This document shows, piece by piece, positions 35,285 to 44,200 of a DNA stretch of 50,965 nt. The notes under the pieces are model-generated. The model was given only the letters and a program-made list of their open reading frames with translations, did no database searches and had not been told where the DNA came from. The stretch's first letter is position 1. Each line of letters begins with the position of its first letter. This stretch comes from an uncultured bacterium (GTDB lineage: Bacteria > Verrucomicrobiota > Kiritimatiellia > RFP12 > UBA1067), in assembly GCA_902803135.1 (NCBI GenBank), contig CADCPA010000133.1:1-50965 (forward strand). The letters are read 5' to 3'. The position numbers and the translations under genes are program-made.

Positions 35285-36667
35285 ATGAAGGGTTTGAAAT
35301 TCATCGGCGTTTGCGCGGCGGTGATGGCGGCGCTGTCGATTGCGCACCTGATCGGCAACGCGGCGTATGACCGGCCGGACGACTTCACGAAGCCGGAACA
35401 GCTGAACCGTCAGGATTGCCGCGTCGGCGTCCTCGCCGGCTACGATTCGGAACGGCTCTCGCGGCGCGAATTTCCGCGTGCGCAGATCGTCGGCTTCAAG
35501 GAATTCGACGACGCGTTCATGGCGCTGCTCGCCGGCAAGATCGAGGCGTTCGTCTACAACGAGCATGTGCTCAACGTGGCCCTGCGCGCCTATCCGAACC
35601 GTTTGAAGATGCTGGACGACCCCATCGCCCGTTCGGCGGGCGTGGTGCTCGTCTCGGAGAAACGTCCGGACCTGCTGCCGAAGCTCAACAGTTTCATCAG
35701 GAACTACCGCCGTTCGGGCTACTACGACGACATGTTCACGCGCTGGTGCCAGAGCGACGTGTTCGTGCCGATGCCGGAGATCCCGGTCGACGGCACGACG
35801 ACGAACGTGCTGCGCATCGGCACGAGCGGCACCGAGGAACCGTCCTCCTTCTACAACGATGCCGGCGAGCTCGTCGGCTTCGACATCGAATTCATCAAGC
35901 GCTTCGCGCAGGTCCAGCATCTGCGTCCGCAGATCGTCTGCCGCCCCGACGAGACCATTCTGAAGGAGCTGGCGGATGGCGACCTCGACATCGTCATCGA
36001 CGACTACAACGCGAACGAGGTGGAGGTGGGCCTGCTGGCGTCGGACGCCTACTTCGACTCCGACGTGCGCGTGCTCGTGCGCAACGGCGACTCGTCCGGC
36101 ATGATGCTGGGTTCGACGCGCCTGGGCTTCAGCAAGACGCTCATCAAGGATCCGCGCGTACGGCTCTTCACGACGGGTTTCTTCACGACGCTGGCCCTCA
36201 CGACCCTCTCCGCCATCTTCGGCTTCCTCTGCGCGTGGGTGCTCCGTCTGATCGTGCGGCACTCGCCGGCGTTCCTGAAGAGCGCCCTCGACGGGCTGCT
36301 CGAGGTGGTGCGCCTCCTGCCGCCGCCGGTGGTCATTCTCACGTTCAGCTGCGCGATTCTCACCTCCGCCTCGATGTGGACGGTTGCGGTGGCGGCGTTC
36401 TCGTTCTGGTTCGCGGCCTTCCTCGTGCCGGCCGGCGACGGCGTCCGCGCCTGGCTGCCCGTGTCGCGCGTCAAGCTCGTCGAGCTGATGCAGTGGACGT
36501 CGGTGGTCGGTTCCGTCAGCGTGTGCGACCTGACGATGGCGGCCGACCTCGTGTGCGGACGCACCCTTGCGGCGTTCGGTCCGCTCCTTTCCGTGGCGGC
36601 GGCCTACTGCCTGATGAACTGGATCGTCGACCGCGCGGTCGCTTTCATTGAAAGGAAGCTCGCGTGA
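35285..36667 (+). CDS. Fusion of family-3 solute-binding-protein segments with an amino-acid-type ABC permease-like membrane domain
   Basis: Start at ATG35285 after GGGAGAGGG. Signal/TM MKGLKFIGVCAAVMAALS. SBP_bac_3-like pieces (VGVLAGYDSE..ALLAGKIEAFVYN; LRIGTSGTEEPSSFYNDAGELVGFDIEFIKRFA..LADGDLDIVIDD). C-terminal ~190 aa with permease-like TM helices (FFTTLALTTLSAIFGF..., LLEVVRLLPPPV, WTSVVGSVSVCDLTMAA). Confidence 0.6.
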   Translation: MKGLKFIGVCAAVMAALSIAHLIGNAAYDRPDDFTKPEQLNRQDCRVGVLAGYDSERLSRREFPRAQIVGFKEFDDAFMALLAGKIEAFVYNEHVLNVALRAYPNRLKMLDDPIARSAGVVLVSEKRPDLLPKLNSFIRNYRRSGYYDDMFTRWCQSDVFVPMPEIPVDGTTTNVLRIGTSGTEEPSSFYNDAGELVGFDIEFIKRFAQVQHLRPQIVCRPDETILKELADGDLDIVIDDYNANEVEVGLLASDAYFDSDVRVLVRNGDSSGMMLGSTRLGFSKTLIKDPRVRLFTTGFFTTLALTTLSAIFGFLCAWVLRLIVRHSPAFLKSALDGLLEVVRLLPPPVVILTFSCAILTSASMWTVAVAAFSFWFAAFLVPAGDGVRAWLPVSRVKLVELMQWTSVVGSVSVCDLTMAADLVCGRTLAAFGPLLSVAAAYCLMNWIVDRAVAFIERKLA

Positions 36668-37464
36668 AGAAGAACATTGCCATTTTCTGCGTGCTGGGCG
36701 TCCTCGCGATCGTGCCCGTGACGCTCTCGTTCCTCTTCTCGGGCGAGAACGAAGACCGCGTGCGCACGGCGCCCGCGGCGCCGGAGGCCGAGGAATCTGC
36801 GCCGGACGCCGCACCTGCGCCCGCGGGGGCCCCCGCGGCGCAGAAGTCCGTTGGCGCCGTTCGCCGGCCGATTTCCCCGTCCGAGGCGAAAAACGCGAAG
36901 GACGTGCCGGTTTTCAAGGGATTTGAAGACAGCCGCTACCAGATGTACGATGCGCAGATCAAAAACTTCGTGGACGACTTCAACAAGAGCCGCGCCCGCT
37001 GGGCGGGTTCGACGCCGGGGCAGGCCACGAACATCCAGCCGATCACCGCGGCGCAGATCAAGGCGCACATGATCCAGGAAACGGGCGGCAGCGACCTTCA
37101 GTCGCGTACCGCCTGGAAGCACGATCCGCTTCAGGTCAACGTGCCGGGCGACTGGAATCCCTACAAGAAGTATCTCGGACTGCGCGAGCCGCGCCGCCGG
37201 AACGAAGGGGCGGGCGCGAGCAACTTGAAGGCGGGCCTGATGCTGCTTGTGCGCAAGGGCTTTGGCGTATCGGGCCAGCCGGCCCAGAACCGTCCGGACG
37301 GCGCCTTTGACGGCTGGCCGCGCGCGCTCCAGCGCTACAACGGGCGTTCGGACAAAGCTGCGACCGGCGAAACCTACAGCGAAGCCTATTCCGCCCGCAT
37401 CCGCGAACGCGCGTCCAAGCCGGCGGTCAACGTGCCAATCGAAATCCCGACCAGGGGAAAGTAG
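36664..37464 (+). CDS. Membrane-anchored/secreted lysozyme-like (lytic transglycosylase-like) protein
   Basis: GTG36664 overlaps the previous stop (GTGA). N-terminal TM MKKNIAIFCVLGVLAIVPV, Pro/Ala-rich linker. IKAHMIQETGGSD...DPLQVNVPG...NLKAGLMLL resembles the catalytic-Glu and GLMQ-type segments of SLT/goose-lysozyme folds. Weak, by eye. Confidence 0.4.
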   Translation: MKKNIAIFCVLGVLAIVPVTLSFLFSGENEDRVRTAPAAPEAEESAPDAAPAPAGAPAAQKSVGAVRRPISPSEAKNAKDVPVFKGFEDSRYQMYDAQIKNFVDDFNKSRARWAGSTPGQATNIQPITAAQIKAHMIQETGGSDLQSRTAWKHDPLQVNVPGDWNPYKKYLGLREPRRRNEGAGASNLKAGLMLLVRKGFGVSGQPAQNRPDGAFDGWPRALQRYNGRSDKAATGETYSEAYSARIRERASKPAVNVPIEIPTRGK

Positions 37465-37490
37465 CGGGTCCTTGACCGCTTGTTCGCGCC

Positions 37491-38012
37491 ATGCACGGCA
37501 AATGGAAAAGACTGTTCGCCTATCTGCTCCTTGTGCTGGCCGCGGGAAGCGTCTTCGTCGTACCGCGGCAGAAAGAGGCCGCCGCCGCGGAGGGTGTGCC
37601 ATTCCCCGGGTGGCCGTCTTCCTGGGACGGCGTGCCGCTTGTGGCGGACGCGCTGACGGAGCAGGAAAGCGTCTTCGGCGACCGTTTCCCCGGACGGGTG
37701 GCGCGTTTCCATGCCGGCGAGGCGACGGTGGTCCTCCGCTGGGCGACCGAGGCGACGCATCGCGTCCACAGCGCGTCGGCTTGTCTGCGGGCGTCGGGTT
37801 GGAGCATTTCGCCGCTCCCGATGGTTCGGCGGAGCGACGGGGCGTGGTCCTGCTTCCGCGCGACACGCGACGGTGTCACGTGCCGGGTGCGGGAACAGGC
37901 GCGTGCGGCGGATGGCGAAACCTTTCCCGACGTGCCGACTTGGTTCGGCAAGGCCTTCCTCGGCCGTTCGCCGGGTCCGTGGTGGATCGTCACCGTCTCG
38001 GAACCTGAATGA
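37491..38012 (+). CDS. EpsI-family-like (DUF3485, exosortase-associated) protein
   Basis: 173 aa. N-terminal TM (LFAYLLLVLAAGSVFVV). FPGWPSSWDGVPL fits the EpsI fP..g.W.G segment. HSASACLRASGW matches the spacing of the EpsI H-x4-C-x4-G-W motif (HSPEVCLPGAGW-type). C-terminal WWIVTVS. Confidence 0.45.
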   Translation: MHGKWKRLFAYLLLVLAAGSVFVVPRQKEAAAAEGVPFPGWPSSWDGVPLVADALTEQESVFGDRFPGRVARFHAGEATVVLRWATEATHRVHSASACLRASGWSISPLPMVRRSDGAWSCFRATRDGVTCRVREQARAADGETFPDVPTWFGKAFLGRSPGPWWIVTVSEPE

Positions 38013-38078
38013 CAACGTCCGGCCGAGCCGCCGCGCGAGCGTGAGCCAGGCCAACACCTTCCGTGTGGCGCGTGTGAT

Positions 38079-38108
38079 TTGACCGACGGGCTCGTTCTTT
38101 GGTATACT
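38079..38108 (+). promoter_or_regulatory. Sigma-70-type promoter of the giant gene: TTGACC - 18 nt - TGgTATACT (extended -10)
   Basis: TTGACC at 38079-38084, TGG at 38100-38102, TATACT at 38103-38108. Lies in the 223-nt intergenic gap, about 128 nt upstream of ATG38236. Confidence 0.5.
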
Positions 38109-38235
38109 TTTCGTCGTGAAAAGGCCGAATGCCGCATGAAAGACAAAGACGACTTCAGTCCGCGCACGCGCAACAACCGTTCTTCCGGCTCAAGGCGACG
38201 GAGAAGTGATGGACGACTTTGAAAGGCAGGACATC

Positions 38236-41200
38236 ATGAAGACAGCGATGAGAAAATTGATGTTCGCCGCGTTCGCGGCGGTGGCATTGTTTACCCTTTC
38301 GGCGCGGGCTGCGACGGTTCCCTATGTAGACGAGCACGGCGCGAGCTTGGGATCGGCCTCCTGTGCCGTCATTACGGGCGGAACCAAAACGATGGGGTCG
38401 GGTTGGTACGCCGTGACCTCCAACACGAGCAACTCGAACCGCATCGAGGTCACGGGCAGCGTGGACCTCATCCTCTGCGACGGCGCGACGCTCACCTCCT
38501 ATCTGGGCATCGAGGTGCCGGCCGGCAAGAGCCTCACCATCTGGGGGCAAAGCGGCGGCACCGGCCGGTTCAATGTCGTCTTCCCGAATGAATGGAGCGC
38601 GGGCATCGGCGGCTCGCTCCGCGCGGGCTTCGGCTCCATCACCATACGCGGCGGTAATATCTCTACTACCGGCCATCAGGGTGCCGCCGGCATCGGCGGC
38701 GGCTATGACGGGGCTCCCGGGACGATCGACATCCGGGGAGGCACAATCACGGCGACCACCGCAGACGACGGTTGCGTGGGCATCGGTGCCGGCTACAAGC
38801 AAGGATGCGGCACGATCACCATCAGCGGTGGCACGATCACGGTCGCGGGCGGCCTGCAGGCCGCCGGCATCGGCACCACGCGCGATGGAACCGGGGGCAC
38901 GATCACTATCACCGGCGGCAGCATCACGGCCACCGGCGGCGACTCCGCTGCGGGCATCGGCTCCGGTCTGTACGGCACCCTCGATTCGATCACCATCACC
39001 GGCGGCAACATCGCGGCCACCGGCGGCAAAAACGGCGCCGGCGTTGGCACGGGCTATCACTCCAGCGTGGGGACGCTCCGCATCAGCGGCGCCACGGTCA
39101 ACGCCACCGGCGGCGGCAGCGCCGCCGGTGTCGGCGGAGGAGCAAGCGGCAGTGGTACTGCGCTTGTAATCGAAAACAGCGCCGTCACGGCCCAGGGTGG
39201 CATGTACGGCGCGGGCATCGGCAGCGGCGAGGGCTATTCCGACGTGTCCCATCAGGGCTTCGGCTCCATCGCCATCACGGGCGCGGGAAGCGAAATCCAC
39301 GCCACCGGCGGTCTGCTCGCCGCCGGCATCGGCGGCGGCATGCGGGGTGGAACGGGCGACGTCACGATTTCCGGCGGCACGATTGTCGCGACAGGCGGCG
39401 ACGGCGGTGGCGCGGGCATCGGCGGCGGCTGGTTCGGCGGTGACGGCACGGTCACCATCAACAGCGGCGACATCACGGCCACCGCCGGCCAGAAATGCAG
39501 CCAATGCTACGACTGCGGCGCGGGCATCGGCGGCGGCGACGGCCGCTATCTCCGTTCGGTCGTCATCAACGGTGGCGACATCACCGCTATCGGCGGTTAC
39601 CGCAGCGCGGGCATCGGCGGCGGTTCCTCCCGCTTTTTCGCTTCCGAACTGGAGAATGGGAAAACTCTGGAAGAGCTCGAGACCAATGGAACCGTTTACA
39701 TTCCAGGGGTCGTCACCATCAACAGTGGCACAATCTGGGCCACCGGCGGCGAACAGGCTTCAGGCATCGGCAGCGGCGGCTGGGCTCCGGGGGGCGGTAT
39801 AGTCAACATCAACGGCGGCAATGTCACCGCTACAGGCGATCAATACGGCGCGGGCATCGGCGGCGGATGGACGGCAAACGGCGGTACGGTCAATATCCGC
39901 AATGGTACGGTCGTTGCAACCGGCGGCAAATATGGTGCCGGCATCGGCGGAGGCTACGAAGCCTCCGGCGGTACGGTCGCGATCAGCGGCGGCAGGGTCG
40001 CGGCGAACGGCGGGTACTGCGCCGCTGGCATCGGCGGCGGCTCGAACACCACCTTCGAAGATTCGACGGACTTCGGCGGCGGCACGGTCGTCATCACGGG
40101 CGGCACGGTCACGGCCACGGGCGGCAACGGCGGACAGCTGGAATTCCCCTGGCCCGAGATCTACGGCGCCGGCGCGGGCATCGGCGGCGGCTGGAGGGGA
40201 TCTGGTGCCGACGTTACGATCAGCGGCGGCACGGTTATAGCCACTCCGGGGGACACGGGCTCCGATGATACGCTTCCGCAGGCCATCGGCCGCGGCACCG
40301 GAGGGGACGAGGAGGGGGCTCTTGTCCTAACGCCCCCGGCGGATGGCAGCTGCATGCGGGCGGGCACGATCCTCTATGCCGACAACATTCACTGGTATCC
40401 CGGTAATCTCGCGTATCCCTGTCGGCAGGTGCAGTTATCGGCGATCATCGAAAGCGGCATTCCCCATGAGTACGACGCCCAGGGACATTGCGCCTACTGC
40501 GGCGACAGTAACGGTCCCGTCCTCCCTTCCGCCCCCTACGTGGACGCGGGGGGCGCGGCGCAGGGCGCAGCGATCTTCTTGCCTCTGACGGCCTCCGCGG
40601 CATCATGGCACGTCTCCGGCGCCCACGGCGGCTGGTATGCCGTGACGAACGACCTCGCCATTCCCTCCCGCGTCACGGTGAGCGGCAACGTGAACCTCAT
40701 CCTCTGCGATGGCGCTTCCTTGACCGCCCCCAAGGGCATTGAGGTTACCGAGGGTAATTCCCTGACCATCTGGCGGCAGTCGGACGCAACGGGCGTTCTT
40801 CTGACCGGAACGACGAACGGAACGGACGCAACTTGCGACAGCGGTAACGCCGCCATCGGCGGCGACAGCGGGGAGAACGCCGGTGTCGTCACGGTCAACG
40901 GCGGCAATATCACGGCCGTCGCCGGGGCGGGTGCCCAGGCCATCGGCCACGGGGCCGGTGCAACTGGTGCTGGTGATCTGCATCTCCTCCGAACGATGGT
41001 CTTCGACGGCGTTGCGGCGACGGAGCCCGTGGGCCATGCGCAGCGGGATGCCGTGTGCCGCAGTGGATGGGCGCGCCTCGCGGACTGCCTGGAGCATGTC
41101 TATGTCCACGGCATCTGCCAGCACTGCGGGCTCCGCCCGCCCATCGGCTACTACAACCCCGCGGGACGGCGTCTCCAGACCACCGCCGACTACATCGACT

Positions 41201-44200
41201 ATCTCGGCCAGACGGCGCTCGGCGACGGCTGGTACGTGCTGTTTGAAGATCTCGAGACATCCGATCGCATCACCGTGAGCGGCGACGCGAACCTCATCCT
41301 TTGCGACGGTGCGACGTGGAACGCCCGCGCCGGCATCGACGTCGGCCCCGGCTCCAGTCTCACCATCTGGGCCCAGAGCAACGGTGACGCCATAGGCGCA
41401 CTTGTCGCCGTTGGCGGCGACGGACAGTCCGGCATCGGCGGCACCGATGACGAGGCGGGCGGCACGGTCACAGTTTATGGCGGCGCGGTCTCTGCCACCG
41501 GCGGTATTGGCGGAGCCGGCATCGGCGGCGGTACGGGCGGTAGCGGCGGTGACTTCACGTTCCGCGGCGGTATGGTGACGGCGACCGCAGGGACGGGCGC
41601 CCAGGCCATCGGTCACGGCGCCGGCGGCGATGTCGAAGGCGGCCTGGCCTTCGCCCATGCGCGGGTCTATGACGGCGTTGCGGCGACGGAGCCCGTGGCC
41701 ACTGCGGAGCGGGAGAACGGCTGCCGCGGCGCATGGGTGCGGCTCGAACCCTGCACGGAACACGCCCTTCAGGATGGCTTCTGCCGCTACTGCGGCAAGC
41801 CCGCGGTCAACATCTACCAGGACACGACGCTCCCGGCGGCGCCCTATCAGTCTTGCGCGGATTGTACTGCCTACTCCGGGCAGCTTGAGCTGTCCGGCGG
41901 CTGGTACGTGGTCGATTCGAGCATGCGGGTCGAGGGGCGCATCGAAGTCGGCGGCGACGTGAACCTGATTCTCTGCGACGATTCGGAACTGACGGCCGCG
42001 AGCGGCATCCACGTCCCCAACGGCAATTCCCTCACAATCTGGGCGCAGAGCCAGGACGACTACACGATGGGCGCACTGGTCGCCACCGGCGCGGAGGACG
42101 GGATGGCCGGCATCGGCGGCAACCCGCACTGGCAGGCGAACGGCCCCGGCGGCAGGGTCATCGTCAACGGCGGCAAGGTCACGGCCATCGGCGGCAGCTA
42201 CGCGGCGGGTATCGGCGGCGGCAGATACGACGGCGGCGACACGGTCACCGTCAACGGCGGCGTAGTCACGGTCGTCGGCGGCGCCAGGGCGGCTGGACTT
42301 GGCGGCGGTGGCAGCGCCGACGGCGGCATGGTCGTCATCAACGGCGGCATGGTCACGGCCACCGGCGGCTACGACACCGCCGGTATCGGCAGCGGCAGCG
42401 AGGGCGCGGGCGGCAGTGTCACGATCAGGGGCGGCACGGTCAGGTCAACCGGAGGCTACCGCGGCGCGGGCATCGGCGGCTCCCACCATGGCGCTGGCGG
42501 CACGATTAACATCAGCGGCGGTACGGTCGTCGCAACCGGCGACTATCGCGCGGCGGGCATCGGCGGCGGCTGGGAGGCCGACGGCGGCAACATCACCATC
42601 AGCGGCGGCACGGTCGCGGCCACCGGCGGCAAGGATGCGGCGGGCATCGGCGGCGGCTTCAGGGGTACCGGCGGCAACATCACGATCAGCGGCGGCACGG
42701 TCACGGCGACCGCCGGCAACCGCGGCACGGCCATTGGCGGCGGCTACTTGGCGGGCGACAACGGCATCCTGAACATCGCGCGCGGCTGCAAGACGGGGCT
42801 TCCGGATGGATCCGGTGCGGCCGTCGAGTGGGCGCCGTATGACTCCCGGATGGACATCTGCCGGCGTCCGGACGACGCCGTCCACGTCGAACGCTGCGAG
42901 TCCCATTCCGACACCGATGCCGACGTCTTCTGCGACCTGTGCGGTTTGCTCCTCCAACCGTTTTCGACTGGGAGGGTCGCGTATCGCGATTCCACGGACG
43001 GGGATCGGCTCGTCCAACGGGATTGCGCCCTTTACGCGGGCCAGCTTGCGATGACCTCCGGCTGGTACGCCGTGACGGAAAGCCAGATATTCAACGGGCG
43101 GCTTGCCATTGTCGGGGACGTGAACCTCATCCTCTGCGATGGCGCGGAATTGACGACGACGGGCGGCGTCCATGTCGCTGCGGGCCACTCCTTAACGTTC
43201 TGGGCGCAAGGCGCGGACAACGGCACGGCCGGCAGGCTGACCGTGACGGCATCGGCCGCCGGCAACGCCGGCATAGGGGGGAATGTGGGGGAGGGCGGCG
43301 GCGCGGTCACGGTTTACGGCGGCGTCATCGCCGCCACCGGCGGCGCTGGCGGGGCCGGCATCGGCGGCGGCGCGGGTGGCTCCGGCGGCGACTTCGCGCT
43401 TTCCGGCGGCATGGTGACCGTTGCAGGCGGGGAGGACGCCCAGGCCATCGGCCGCGGCGGCGGGGGAGGCGATTCAGGAATCCTGGCCCTTGACGCCACG
43501 TACCGGGTGGGGCTTCGGAACAGCCCCGGCGGCGCCTGGGAATGGGCGGCGCCTGGTTCCAGAACGAACGCCTGCCGGGACGCAGGCGGCGCGGTGGTGC
43601 GTCTCGAGCGCTGCAAGGACCATGCCGACAGCGATTCCGACTACCGCTGCGACTATTGCGGCGTGTTGCTGCGGAACGTTTCCGACGTGCCGTATCTGGA
43701 TCCCGTGAGCGGAACCCGGCCTGTCATCACGAATTGCCTCATCTACACGGGCGAGCAGATGCTGAACGGCGGCTGGTACGCCGTGGCAGGCAGAATGACG
43801 ATCGAGGACCGCCTTGAAATCAGCGGCGACGTGAACCTGATTCTCCGCGACGGCGCGGAGCTGACGCTTCCTGCTGGCATCCATGTTGCCGGTGCAAACA
43901 GCCTCACGATTTGGGCGCAGAGCGATGTCGGCAACGCATGCGGGGCCTTGAGCGCCGCAGCCCCGGACAGCAACATGGCGGGTATCGGCGGCAATAATAA
44001 CGAGAGCGGCGGCCAAGTCACCATAAACGGCGGCAGTGTCTTGGCTGTCGGCAATCACTGCGGTGCGGGTATCGGCAGCGGCAGGTCTAGCGAGTGGGGC
44101 AGCGGCGGCACGATCACGATAAACGGCGGCAGGATCACGGCAGAAGGCGGACGCTGGGCCGCGGGAATCGGCGGCGCTTGGAAGGCCTCCGGAGGAAACA

